Origin: Chlorokybus atmophyticus
Lineage: Eukaryota; Plantae; Mesostigma and Chlorokybus algae
NCBI GenBank assembly: GCA_009103225.1
Contig: RHPI01002615.1
Location: 8,328-72,327, forward strand
Length of the DNA: 64,000 nucleotides
Direction: 5' to 3'
The position numbers were made by a program, and so were the translations under genes. Positions 11,903 to 25,659 of this stretch are shown piece after piece. The stretch's first letter is position 1, and each line of letters starts with the position of its first letter. Below the pieces are notes generated by a model that saw only the letters and a program-made list of their open reading frames with translations, was not told the DNA's origin and did not search any database.

Positions 11903-13751
11903 ATGGCGGCGGTTGCGGCAGCTGGTGCTGCTGTCGTGGCCAGGAGGGTAGCGTTGTCGGCTTCATCTCCGTCGTCCTCCTCGCCGTCAGCGTCGCCCAT
12001 CGGAGATGCTTGGAAGGGAGCTTCCCGCCATGCGCAAAGCACGCTGCGCTTGCCTGCACACAGGCAGGCCGACGCCTGGCAACTGTCCAGCGTCCCTGGC
12101 TTTGGCGCTGTGGAGGCCAAGCCGCAGCAGGAGCGCCAGGCGCCTGGGACAGTTGCCCTGCTCACGCCGCCCGAAAGAGACTTGTTGATCTTCTCCTCCC
12201 CTGAACCCGCTGCTGCCACACCTTCTGTACAGGAACGTCATCCTAGTGGTGACTTGATGCCCCTAGAGCAGGACCCCACTCTTGCCAAGCGCTGGGACCG
12301 GTCCAACGATTGGCTGTGGCACACTGTGCGCAGCGAAGCACGCCGAGACTCCGAGCAGGTACTGATAGTTGTGCAGGGTGTTGACAGAGAAACGGGCATG
12401 CAGTGGTCTAGGATGTCAATCTCAGCATGTTTGACTGAGTCGTCGCACATGCCACTCACTAGGCTTAGTCAAACCTGTTGTATTGTTGCATGCACCGTTA
12501 GCATCGCCCAGCCTGCTGTTGTCCGCCGTAATCATCTTTATCAGATGATGCCTATTTTCTGTATATCTGACTTGCATGTCTACAGGAGCCTGCGCTGGCG
12601 AGTTTCTTGTATTCCACAATTTTGGCGCACAAGTCGTTGGAGCGGGCGTTGGCTTTTCATTTAGCCAACAAGCTGTCGTCCAGCACGCTGCTCAGCACTC
12701 AGCTGTTTGCGCTGTTTAGTGAAGCCCTCCACGCAGATGAACGAATTGCTGAGTGTTTTAGAGCCGATATGCTAGCTGTCAAGGAACGTGACCCTGCCTG
12801 CGCATCCTACTCGCAGTGCCTGCTGTACTTCAAGGGGTTTTTAGCACTTCAGGTACTGAGGCATGTGTGATGTTGTTCAAGACTTACAGTGGACAATTTT
12901 GTGCCCATTGCAGATGTTGACTGATCACATGCTGTGTACAGTCCCATCGTGTCGCTCATCGCATGTGGAGCCAAGGCCGGCGGGCACTTGCGTTGTGCCT
13001 GCAGTCGCGCATCTCCGATGTATTCCATATGGACATTCATCCAGCTGCCAAAATTGGCAAAGCTGTCCTGTTTGACCACGCCACTGGAGTTGTGATTGGA
13101 GAAACTGCAGTCATCGGTGATGATGTGTCCATCCTGCACAATGTGACCTTAGGAGGTACTGGAGCATCAGCTGGGGACCGGCATCCCAAAGTTGGCAATG
13201 GCGTGCTCATCGGTGCTGGTGTTGTCATACTGGTGAGTCTGGTGGTGGCAGTTGTCAACCGGCCATGCGCTTATTATGGGTGCTGACACCAAAGTCAACG
13301 CAGGGCAACATTAAGATTGGTGATGGCTCGCGCATTGGCGCTGGTTCAGTTGTTATTCATGATATCCCGGAAAACTGCACAGCAGGTAGAGGTTATTGTA
13401 TCTTCCGTTGTGTGTGGCCAGTGTGCGTGGTCTATATATTGTATAACTTCCGTTGTGTGTGTCTTGTCACTACTATGTTGAGCGCAGCATGCATGTAGAC
13501 ACTTGCTAAGTCAGATTGTCTTCTGCAGTTGGCGTCCCTGCTCGCGTGATCAACTCCAAGAAATTGCCCGCCTCTCAAACACCTGCACACATGATGGATC
13601 AGGTCAGTCACACGATCCCCAAGAAACCAGTCATTGTAGGGGATGGTTTTGCGATGCAGAGTGTAGTGCTTTGTTGTTACCTCATGTACTGATCGTGTCC
13701 TTTGTGATGGCACAGACTACGGATTTAATGTGGTCCGATTATGTCATTTGA
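11903..13751 (+). CDS. SERAT: Serine acetyltransferase, with N-terminal organelle-targeting-like extension
   Basis: Six exons (11903-12358, 12586-12852, 12942-13232, 13304-13385, 13529-13602, 13716-13751), all GT-AG and in frame. Motifs AVKERDPAC, DIHPAAKIG, FDHATGVVIGETA, VTLGGTG, DRHPKVG; plant-type C-terminus WSDYVI. Confidence 0.96.
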
Positions 13752-15151
13752 AATGGAGTGGCTGGAGCAATGCCCGTTTTGCAAAAGTGGCACTGAGTTT
13801 GCCAATTCCACTGTCAGTGTTAGCTGACAATGGCTGGGTCAGTGGTTTTGCGACTCGTGGAGGCTCTCACCGTAGTCAGTCTGTGCAGTTCAAGTGGAAA
13901 AGTGGTGTGTAAGGAGGTAGACGGCGGTAATGCAGATATTGCTGCCTATGTTTATTTGTAGATAAAATACTCTGGGAAGTTTACGGCACTAGTAGAATTT
14001 TTGGTATCAGAGTTTATGATTGACGTCTGTACACAACGCTAGCAGGATACATCCTCCCATTCCCGTGGGCTCAATGAATGTGAATGTGAGTGTTAATGTG
14101 CATGCCTGTGCAGTTGGATTGTTATCAGCGTGTATCTGGTCTACATCACTTCGCAAAGGACATTGGTTGCATTGTATAGACAACTGTGCTCTGAACGACT
14201 GTATCATTTTGTGTATTTTCTGCGCGCAACCGGTATACGGGCTGTCATCCTTTGCATTGTAGCTTCCTGGGTATTGTGGCGATTTGGCGAGTATACAGGT
14301 GCAGTACGTGTTGGAAGATTTTACCCTTGCTATCTGCAACGCCATCCGATGGTAGTACCACGCTATCTACCTACCATGTGTGTACAAAAGATGCTATGCG
14401 CAAATCTGCACACGTGATGATGCTTCCTGCTACAAATGTTTCCCACGTGCTGTATGTTCTATGCATGTACGTGCATCCCTTCCACAGACATTGTTCGTGT
14501 TGACATGCCATGTCAGCATTATATGGTGTAAGTGGTTAGGCTTCTTTTACTTTGCGGTACTTCGTTCTTGCATATATATACGCATTCGCACCTCGTTCAA
14601 CGCATGCACAATGTGCGTTGCATATGTGTGAGGGAGACTTTACGATAGCATAGTGCGCTATACACAACCTTATACATATGCACATTTAGTTTTTTTGTGT
14701 TATATGTAGTGTAAGTGAAAAAGATAACCTTACATCATCCAGGCAAAGCGGCTGTGAGTGGAGCTTCAGCTTGTGTTATTATCACCCATTGTTTTTCACT
14801 TACTCATTGAAGTATTGCAATTGTCGGTGATTTATTTAAGTACATGAGATGAAAGGATGTTAGTTGATGCAAGATATGCGCAATGCAATTTTATCATGCA
14901 TTATGCGGAAGCACATAAGCGCACACACAAACAGCATGCAAGCGTGATCATATGCCACCGGGCTAATATCTACTGTTCATTGCTACCTTACACGCTACCC
15001 TACCTTAGACCTCCCCGTTAGACATGCATGTTAGTGTCAATTATCTGCACAACAGCATGGCAGCGTCAACAACGATCTTCAGTGGCGGTAGCGGTGCAAC
15101 AGCAGCAACGCAACATGCAGCATGTGCATAACATGGGCCTCATATTACTCA

Positions 15152-15271
15152 TTCTCCCCCCCTCTGTCCCTCCCTCCCTCCCTCCCTCCCTCTGTCATCC
15201 TCCTCTCTCCCCCTCCTCTTCCCTCCTCCTTCTCCTCTCCCTCCTCCACCTCCCTCTCCTCTTCTTCCTCC
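15152..15271. repeat. Polypyrimidine (CT-rich) low-complexity tract
   Basis: About 120 bp almost entirely C/T (CCCT, CTC units). Confidence 0.85.
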
Positions 15272-16378
15272 GTGTGAAGATCGCATCAATATTGCGCAAC
15301 TTTGCAATATAACGTGTTTTTATACACATACAACTGCTTCACGTTATTTTCGTGTTAATAATGTGCACGGATGTGCGAAATTGTGTCATGTCAGTTACCA
15401 TGGAACAAATATGCATGCGTCTATATATGTCGTCTGTTATGAAAGGCTATGCATGCGTTATCGCGTTGCACAATGTGATACTGCATGCTCATGCAATTGC
15501 ACACAGATTCCCACGACATTCAATTTTATCAAATAAAGTCATTGCAAGGTACATGAACGATAAAAATATGTAAATGTATAAAAAGCCCTACATCATGCAA
15601 AAGGTATGTATACTATCTATTAGCAGTGGAAAATAATTGTGGTTGATGATTTTACCAATTTATGTTTGATACATTTTATGACGCCGTGTTACGCGTTTGA
15701 TACACGTAATATGCATGTGTATACATATATTTATTTTATAAGCATGTATGCACGTACATTATCTGTTACAACGGTACAATAATGATGTGATTACGTTGCT
15801 CAATACAAACATGAAGATAGCATCCAGCAGCACAACCCAAAAAAATTCCAAAAACATAATGTAATATGTAATGCTTACTCGGGCATGGAGCTTTCATACA
15901 TATAATTAAATTGGCAGAACTTAGCACTGTAAATTAACATTGATTAATGCTCCAGACTTAACCTAACAAACGAGTTTACACGTACCACCAGCACATATTG
16001 TGTCCGTTCATTCACGTACTGCCAATGTATAGCAAAACCAGTATACCTTATACTACATCGGTAGTGTATGAAGTCAAGTCAACATCCATGGCATCATTGA
16101 CCGTCAATTGTCACAGCAGCAAAAGCTTTTCACGAGATATTTAACCACCCAGCCGGTGTCTGAGCGCACTTTTCGGTCAGCCGCCGTGTTCAAACCGGCG
16201 GCGCCGCTGTTTGTTTGCACAAAGCCGCGGCCAACAGCAAAAGTGGCGGCGGCGGAAGGAAGAGTTGTTCTTTAGAAGAAACGCGAGCGGTGGCAATTAG
16301 GGTTCCGGCGGCGGCGGCGGCGGCGGCGACGGGGAGGACGTTGTCGGGGTGGGGCCTAGTGTGTGGTGTACGTGAGAG

Positions 16379-17393
16379 ATGGCCGTGTTGTTGAGGCGGG
16401 CCGGAGCGGCCCTGAGGCTGTCGGCGCTGGGCGGCGAGTCCGGGCAGCTGTCGCTGCTGCAGCGGGCGGTGAGGGGCTGCGCCACAGAGGCTGGCCAGCA
16501 TGACGGCCCCAGGGGTGGGCTCCCCAACAGCAGGGTTTTCGTCGGCGGCATCAGCTGGAGCATCACCGAGGACGACCTTAAGCAGGTGTTCAGCGAGATG
16601 GGAGAAGTCGTGGATGGTAAGCGCACCTGAGAAGTGTTGCTGCTGTTCCTTTCCGTTTTGCTGCCGTGCATGCATGCCTACAGTCAATTGCTAACTGTTG
16701 GCGCTTAGCCGAGTTTGTGCTCACAATGGAGCCTTAGAAACCTGTTGTATAAGTGGTCAGCATGCCTCGCGTGGATGTCTGCTTGGTTACACCAATCTGA
16801 TCTCGTAGTGTTCATGCTGATACCTGCGTCAGTTGTAATTGCTGCCCACAGGTACCACTTAAAATGACTTGTTTGTCGGCGTGGTGGGTTCATGCAAGCA
16901 CTCATGTTTTGTCTGTGCTCTTCTGCTCTGCAGCCAAGGTTGTGAGGGAGAGGGAGACTGACAGGTCAAGAGGGTTTGGTTTTGTCACATTTGCTGACGC
17001 AGAGCAGGCGCAGAAGGCTATTGAAGCACTCGACGGCAGGGTATGTGTATGTTGTATGCCCATTGCGATCTCTCTGCTTTCCACATCAATCCCACGTTGA
17101 AGTAGTGGAACTCAATGTCTCATTTGTAACATCATTCTCAGGATGTTGGCGGTCGCGTCATTCGCGTTGACTTCGCCAAGGAGCAAAGTCCGCGCGAGTT
17201 CAACAGCAACTCTAGGCCTCCGCGTGGCGACCGATCCGGCGGCTTCAGGGGTGGCGATGATCGTCGCGGGGGCGGCGGCGGCTACAGAGGCGGCGGCGGC
17301 GGGTACGGTGGTGGCGGCGGCGGCTATGGCGGTGGTGGCGGCGGCTATGGTGGCGGTGGTGGCAGGCGTCCGCGCGACAACGATGAGTACTGA
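16379..17393 (+). CDS. Glycine-rich RRM RNA-binding protein with presequence (probably mitochondrial)
   Basis: Exons 16379-16616, 16934-17040, 17142-17393. RNP2 VFVGGI, RNP1 RGFGFVTF, C-terminal GGGGY repeats. Arg/Ala/Leu-rich N-terminus [14 protein letters not shown]. Confidence 0.92.
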
Positions 17394-17959
17394 AAACTGC
17401 GCTGTGCAAGTGTGTGCACACACAATCATGGTAGGACAGGCTTGTTGTACTTGAAGAGGATTGTGGGGCCGGAAGCCATGTCTCATGTGTAGGCCTTTGT
17501 GCGTTGATGGGTTCCTCCTTGTTAGAAGACGGCTGTCTTGTAATACTGCCAATAGCAACAGCTGTCTCGGTGCATTGCGCAGCGGCAATGCAAGCCACAG
17601 GATTGTAGGTGATTGCTAGGTTTTCCTTTGTTTGCAGAGACCCCCCTGGTTAATGTCTATTGCTCTTCTGGTCGCGGCTCTGATCATGATTCCACTTGGG
17701 TGTGCAATGGCAGATTTTGTCTTGTAGTCCTGTGCTGTTAATTGTTATTATGGCTCAAGTGCTTATTGGTTCATTTGTTTGGCAAGTTGGTGCGCAGCCA
17801 AAATTGTTATCATCCAGTTTGATTAGTCAGGTGCAGATTGTCTGGGAACGCATGCAGCTAGACATGTCGTAGCCAGGACACCTGGTGCAGCAGGCAGTGT
17901 GTACAACACAGATACACATTTACTCCATGCACAACGGTATTTACAAGGTGCCATCCTTG

Positions 17960-19883
17960 TCACTTTTTCTTCCCTTTTGGGGACCCTGGCTTCTTCTTAT
18001 CCCCCTTGCCACCTGCTGCCTTCTTCTCCTTGGCACCCTTCCCTTTCCCCTTCTTCCCTTTCCCCTCACCCTTGGCAAGAGCCGCCTTCTTCCGCAGGTA
18101 GTCCTTCCTGCCTCTGTAGCCCCTATACCTGCACAATCACCATCCATATGAAGCGTTTCTCTGCTTTTAAGCAGTCTCTGTACTAAGCATAAGCCAGTCC
18201 CTTGTTAATGAATGAAGTATACTTGTTGAAATGTTTGCTGTGGAACTGTGTGTGCTTATGTGTGTTTTCAATGCCGTGCATGACTGTACCTCGCTTGTAT
18301 CTTGATCGCCGCACACGTCCTCCTCTCATGCTCTGCTGCTGCGGCTGCCGCCTCCTCCGCCCTGTTACTATATGGTTAGTTGCTTGTTGTGTGGCACTGT
18401 AAGCAGAACCAGTCTGAAAAACAAACAGCATGGACAAGGCATGCGCATGTGCACGTTATCTACCTGATCCTCTCTTCCTCTTCAATGGCCTCCTGCTTTG
18501 CTCGTCGTTCCTCGAGATCCTTGAGCTTGAGTGCCTCTCTTTGATGCGCGAGCTTAAGCGCTTCAAGCTCTCGGTCCGTGCTAAGCGTGTCGGCCTCGTG
18601 TCTTCCCATCCACCTGAGAGCCTCCTCCTGTACCGCCACGTGGCGCTTCTTCAGCCACTCCCCCGCGCATCCCGCCGCTTGTGTCTCCGCCGCCAGCTGC
18701 GCTTTGAGAGAAGTGATCTCCTCCTCGAGTTGTGTCAATGCGGCCGCACGCACGCGAGCACGGCAACCCGCTGAACCAGCGGACTCTTTACTCGCGTATG
18801 CGCCCTCCAGACTTGTGCGAGCCTTCAGCACCTTCAGCTCCTCTTTTTTAGCAGCAAGAGACTTCTGGCGGGCGCGAACTTCCTCCTCGTGCTTCGCCTT
18901 CTTGTCAACGAGCTGCTGACGGAGGGCTTTTACTGCTGATGTGGCTGCACGCTCACGCTCCATCACGGCCTGCAACATTGGTAGGAAGACTAGCAAAGTC
19001 AGGCACACAGGTGCGTGTGCACGTGTGCATGTGTGCGCATGTGTGTTCATGTTCTACTGCACCTATAGCTGTGTGCACAAACACACATGAACACACACAC
19101 GCGCGCGCGCATGCACATGCGTGTACACGCGTGTACATATGCACCCAGCCACGTAACACTCACGCAGACAAGAGAACGCGCGCACACACGCACGCATGCA
19201 CTTGCAAACGCACCCACACATGCACACAAAACAAGCTCTGTCACCTGGGCTGTTGCGCGTGCGAGTGCGTCTGCGCGTGTTGTCTGCAGCAGCGACGTGA
19301 ACTTCCCTTCCTCGAGCTCCGCGAGCGCATTGTTGACAAGAGTTATGAGTCGCGCACGCTCGGCGTGGTCCTTGACAAGGTTCTCCGCCACATTGGGACT
19401 ATCCCTCAAGTTACGACACAACGCCCTGGTGGACTCCCTCAGCGCCACAGCCACCTCATGCACCTCATCGCTCACATCATGAGCATGGTTCTGGCCCTTG
19501 TTCCCGGCGGCGGTGTTGTTGCCGCCGTCGTTGCTGGCCCTGGCGGCGACCAGAGCCTCGAACCTGGACTCCAACGCCCTCTGCCTGGACAAGGACCTGG
19601 CCAGCTCTGCCCCCGCCCCTGCCCTGGCCTCCTCCGCCTGCTGGGCGGCGTCTGCAGCAAAGGCGCAAGCCAGAGCAAGCTTCTCGGCCGCTGTGCTCAG
19701 GACAGCACGAGCCCAAAGAGCCTCCACCGCGTCCAGCACAGGATCCTCTGCGTACGTATCATTAGCCTTCTCCTCCTCCTCCTCCGCCTCCTTGTCGTCA
19801 ATGTCACCGGCAGTATTGCTCACCTTCTGGGGCGGGAGGTGGTCCAGCAGCGGCTGCGGCGATGGCGGCAGCGGCGGTCTCAT
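17960..19883 (-). CDS. DRC9: Dynein regulatory complex protein 9 / IQCG-like
   Basis: ALRESTRALCRNLRDSPNVAENL and ELEEGKFTSLL segments, long coiled coil, spliced IQ motif IQARYRGYRGRK, Lys/Gly-rich tail ending TGA at 17960-17962. Start is uncertain: ATG 19883, or ATG 19956 with a short extra intron. Confidence 0.8.
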
Positions 19884-20789
19884 CGTCCTGGTGCGTCTTG
19901 GAGGGTGTGTAGTCGTGGTTGACTGCCAGCGCCTCGGCCACCACCTCCTGGCCCATCACGCTGCGGCGCTCACCCTCCACGTCGCCGCCGCTGCCTACAC
20001 AAAGTCACGTGAGAGTGATTTCAGGGCTAAGTTTAGGGCAAGTACTACACTGTACAGGGTACCTACAAACTTTACCCTGTGGTACAAATGGTACAGAACG
20101 GCAGTGTACCATATACAAATATCCCTATCAAGTGACACACTAGGCCCATTTTGCTAATCAATACGGTACGTTTCAACGACACAGGTGTCGTGAACACCTT
20201 TACCGTACGCAATCCTCATCATCATATCCAAAACGCAACGACTTGCCTACTTACCGTCTTGACAGGCTGATTGGGACCTGCCATGGAGACTTATGAAATT
20301 GCATGGCTTGTTATCACACGCAACGTTAGCTACGTGTCGCGTGGTCGCGCCTCCATTTGCTGCTACAGAACGCTTTGCGACGAACAAAGTTAGTGAACAG
20401 TCACGTTATGGCTTTTGCTGCCTTACTATATGCGGCTTCTGAGCAAAACGACACACAAATATTACGCATCAAAATAATAAACGGACTGCTGTTTTCCGCG
20501 TGCTGTAAGCGGCAGCGGCGGTGTCTCTGCGAACATCCTCCTCCTCCGCCGCCGCCGGGGCAGGATTGACGTGGTTGCAGGAAGGCAGAGGAGAGAGCTA
20601 CCAAGTCAGTTGAGGTGATTTTAGAGAGAGAAAGAAAGGGGGCCTTTTGTTTTTTCTTGCTGCTGGATGGTGGTTTAGTACTTCCCTGGCAGCTATGGCC
20701 AGGAGGCGGCGGCGGTGGTGAGGGGTGTGGGCAGGGAGGTGCGGGCGGAGGGGGGCGGGGGGGGGGTGGGGTGGTTTGAGGCATAGGCG

Positions 20790-23700
20790 ATGGGGTGCTC
20801 GTGGAGCAGCCGGCGCCACGACACGATTGCCAAGGCGCCGGACGGCAAGGCTGCTGCCAACAACCACCACGCCAACAACATCACCAACAACAACACCACA
20901 AACAACAACCATCAGCATCAACACCATGGTGGCAAAGGGGCGCTGCCCCACGACCCCGTCCACGATCTGGTGTTCGGCTACGACCGCAACTTCCTCGACA
21001 AATACTCTGTAAGCCATGAGCATTGCCTCTCTTAGCCTTACTTGGTGTCGTGCTTGCATTGTTTTGATCAATGCAAGCACAGCTGCTGCCTGACTCTACG
21101 CTCAGCTGCTGTGACATTAGGGTTTCATGCTGGCGGCTGGCTGTGTTTTGTAGTGCAATCAGCAACGACTGTACCTATTTCAGTGACTTACAACCGTACC
21201 ACAAGTGTCAAATCAAGATAGGTTTTGGTAAACAAGCATTTGCTGAAGATTGAAACACAGCTTCAAAACTGTGCGTTGCAGGTTGTTGAGGGTTTCACAT
21301 TAGTTGCAAAAGACGTCATCAATAGCTAGTTTCCAGTAGCAAGAGTTGTAGTAGCTTATAGCAGCAAGAAGCTTACTTGATAGTCATTTCGAGAGAAAAA
21401 TAAAGTAAAGCAGCTGCATGCATAGGTCCCCAACTGAAGAAGTCTACTGTGCATTGCAACGCGCATTGACTTTCTGGTGTTTGTGTTGTATTGTTGTTGC
21501 AGTTGGGTCGTGAGCTTGGTCACGGCAGTTTTGGGACGGTGCGTCTTGCGAAGCACAAAGCGACAAACGAAGAGTACGCCGTCAAGTGCATCGCGAAGAG
21601 CACGCTGCTAGAAGACGGCCTGCCTGATGAACTTAAGCGTGAAGTTGCCATCATGCAGGTATGCGCGTGTGTGCGCACACACATGTGTGTGTGTCTCACG
21701 CACCCATTTGCACATGTGTGAAGTATTGCACACGACATCACACGTGTAAGCTCAACAACATGGTGTGCACTTGCATGCGTGAGAATCATTGTTAACACAG
21801 CATATTACTAACATTACGATGCGTGCTCAGAGGTTGAAGGACTGTTTAAATGTGGTGAACATCTACGGGACATTTGAGACGGCCACGCACGTGTACATGG
21901 TGCTGGAGTTGTGTCGCGGTGGCGAGCTCTACCAGCGGATGTCCAAGCAGGAGAGCAGCGAGAAGGACGCCGCGCGCGTCATACGCTCCATACTACGCAC
22001 GGTCGCACAGTGCCACGCCAATGGGGTACGCAAGCACCTGCACGTTTCATGTTGGCACATTGTCAATCGTGTACATGTGGACGTATGTACATGTGTGTCT
22101 GTGGATTGACACCACAGATGGTGCGCATGTGGCGTTTGTGCGTGTCATTGCATACGTATGTAGTATAGTTGGTGTATGCGTGTGCAGATGGTGCAGCTGT
22201 GGCGTCACGTGTATGTGACGACAGCTGCATAGCACATTTGTCGGTACCTTGCATATTTTTGTACACATGTGTGCATGCACATGTCTTGCGCGTTTGTAGG
22301 TACCATGTTGTGGTCGCGTTGCTCACACCACGTGTTGACAGGTGTTGCATCGTGACTTGAAGCCCGACAACTTCTTGTTTGTGTCGAAAGAGCTGGATGC
22401 ACCTCTGAAGGCCATCGATTTTGGGCTCGCCACATTCTTCACGCCGGGAGTGATGCTGGAGGAGACGAGCGGGACACCCTACTACATGGTATACACACGT
22501 ACACGCACACAGTATGTTGGTGTTGTTTTGGTCGCGTGATTGAGGGGCTCATTAGTTGCTTGTATGCAGGCGCCTGAGGTCATTCAGCACAACTACAGCA
22601 CACCCGCTGACCTGTGGAGCGTGGGCGTGATTATGTACCAGCTGTTGTCTGGCAGGTCAGCTGGCTTTTTGCAAGCAAGTGGGCATCGTGCATGTGTGTG
22701 TCCGTGCATGCTTTTGTATACGTGTACATGCATGCGCGCGCGCTTGCGTGTGTACACGTTTGCAATTGCGCGCGCGTGTATGGGTGTGTGTGTCCTTGAT
22801 AGTACTCATGCATGGTTGCGGTTGTGACAGACTTCCGTTTACGGATGATACTGGCGGACGTTCAATTGTTGCGGTCTTTCGCAAGATCCTCAAGTCCAAC
22901 GCGGACTTGTACTCGTATCCGTGGGACACCGTCACGCACAGCGCTGTGGACCTGCTCCGACGGCTGTTATCGAAAGACCCGTCCAAGCGCCCGACAGCAC
23001 TCGAAGCTCTGGCCGTGAGTGTGGCACTATTGTCGGTAAAAGATATCAGATATGTGCATGGGATGCGTATAAATCTGGGCGTGGGCGTGGGCGTGGGTAT
23101 GGGCGTGTGGGTGTGCCTATATGTGGATGTGTGGGCCTGTGCATCTTGGCGCGTGCACGCGCCTGTTGCACTTTCGCGTGGGTGTGTGCGTGTTGTTTAT
23201 TGTGTTGTGTTTTTTCTGCAGCATCCTTGGATCTTGGAGGATGGTGATGCGTCTCGAGCCCCTCTCCAAGGCAGGACCGTCCAGCGGCTGCAGCAGTTTT
23301 CCACTTATCATCAGGCTAAGCAGACGGCTCTCAAGGTGGTCGCGCAGCAGATGTCCCAAGACAGGTCCGTTGAGCGTGTTGTGGTGACAGTTTGTCAGCA
23401 AGTTTTGAGGTTGGAATTGTTGGGATTGCAGCAAGGCAGATATTGTGTGCTTGTTGGGGGATGCGTGCTCGTAGCAAACCAGTTGTTGCCCCTTGTGTTC
23501 CAGTGCAGGGCACCTGGCTGAGCTTAAAGACATGTTTCATGACTTGGACACGGACAAGAGTGGCTCACTAGACTTGAATGAGTTTGTGTCGGGGTTGCGC
23601 CGGCACGGCTACAAGCTTACGGACGAGGAGGTGAAACAACTCATGCAGCAGGTACTGTTTCACGCAAGAAGATGCACACTTGATGCCACGATTCAAAACA

Positions 23701-24388
23701 CACTATATGGAGTCACAATACCACTCTTGCACATCACAAACATGTGGCAATGCTGGCACTACCGCTCGCAGTTGCAGTACGTTACATTGCTAAGCGTGTG
23801 TCATGTGGTATAGTGTGTAACCAACACCAACATTGGGTGGCAACCATTCCTGCTTATGTGGTCGTGTGTTGCAGATGGATTTGGACGGCAACGGTCAGGT
23901 GTTTTATGACGAGTTCATCACGTGTCTTCTGCCGTGGAGCAAGCTGCAGCGCACGAGCCAGTGGCACACGTGGCTGGAGAAGACTTTCGCTGAGATTGAT
24001 GTAGACGGCAACGGGTCCATTGAAGCGGATGAGATCATAACGTTGTTCAAGAACAGAGGCCTTTCAGATTCCATGTCCGCCAAGGCTGTTCAAGAGTTGG
24101 TCCGAGAGGCGGACGTGGACAATGACGGCAAACTGAGCTATGAGGTATGAACAGCTTCTGAACAACATGATTGTGAGGCGCGTGCGTGCGTGCCTTTTGA
24201 CCTCAGCGTTACTTGCAATGGTGTGCGGCATGCGCGGTATTCCAAAACTGGTTCCTATACAGAAGCATGCAAGTCTGCAAGCGTGTACCTATCTGTGTCT
24301 TTCCTGCCCATCACAGGAGTTTACAAAGATGATATGCAAGGACGGTGTTTGCACGCTGCCAGAGCATGCATATGATAAGAGGCGATAG
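20790..24388 (+). CDS. CDPK: Calcium-dependent protein kinase
   Basis: Ten exons. MGC acylation-type start, GHGSFG loop, YAVK, HRDLKPDN, DFG, GTPYYMAPE, junction RLQQF, four EF-hand loops (DTDKSGSLDLNE, DLDGNGQVFYDE, DVDGNGSIEADE, DVDNDGKLSYEE). Confidence 0.96.
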
Positions 24389-25659
24389 CGAGCCTGACTT
24401 GGACGTGCTTGATGAGGATGACCGTTTCCAAGTGTTGTATCAGTTGGGCATTGCAAGCAAGGGTGTTTTGTAGAAGCCTGACAGGCGAGGATAATTTGGC
24501 TTGCAAGCGATGGTGATGATTCCTACACCAACAAACCTCAGTCAACTTGCTACTATTGCTCCCCTCTGTGATCGACTAAAAGTCTCCAGAGAGACGCATG
24601 CAGTGCGTGAGCAAGCATGAGTCCACATGGAGGCGACAATCCAACATTCTGGTATGTTGCGATGTGACGCGCACCGGAAATTCATGTCGCGTTGGGGACT
24701 CCACTTTTGATAAATGACTCTACTGCTGCACAACCCCTAGTATTGGTAGCAGGTTATGTATGTATTGGTATGGTATGAGCAGAGTTTGGCGTATACAGCC
24801 TTGTGTACCATGTCTCATGCAGTTGTTGGCAGATGATGATGTCCGTATTCAAAAACTGTGCATACATGGATTGAGAACCATGTCCTTTCTGAAGTTGCAA
24901 TTTGCGCTGATTACGTGAAGCAGTCAATCATACTGCCGATTGCAACCGACCATGTCAGTCGGCCCTGTTTGTTTGGAACGAAACTGCTTGTTTTGCAATT
25001 TGGCTGGGGTTCGGCGGTTCCCCAGCTAACTTGATTGGTTTTGGAAACTGGTTGTTAGGCGAACAAATTGCGCGAATGCTGAAAAGCAATCGCGCAGTTC
25101 AGCGATTGATAGGGTCGGCTGAAACCGGCAATAACCTCTTGTTCCAGTTTCTGTAGCTGGCTTCTCTCTGTATGAGCTGCAGCGCAATCTCACAACAAAC
25201 AGACCCAGAGATGACTGCCAAGTTCAGTGTCATGCTACTGTGGGAATAGCGGGTTACATGGTCTGCCTTGCGAATAGATGTAGCAAGTGACTACTTTTTT
25301 TCTTGTTGCGTCATGATCATATGCGCGAAAGCAACAGTGCGCAGCTGCAAACTGTAATGCATACATACATGCTCCTTCTCCTCCTTCTGGCCGCTGCAGG
25401 TAGCTGGCCGGTGTTTTCCCTATAGCTCCTGCTGTTCTACCACTGCAAGCACATAGCACCAGCCCCTAGCCCTTAGTGTCCTAGTTTAGTGTTTGGCTTG
25501 TATGTGTTGTTAATGTTTCTTCTGCTTGTTGCTGTGACTGCTGGTGTGTTTGGCCCCTGGGAATATACCCTCTACATATGTTGACTCAACAAGCCATACC
25601 GTTATTTAAGCCTGAACCTATTACGACACAACCAGTAACACACGCATTGATGAGTTGCG

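Noticed and set aside
18939-20157. 327-aa and 219-aa plus-strand ORFs
   Set aside because: Antisense shadows of GC-rich DRC9 exons and RY-rich introns.
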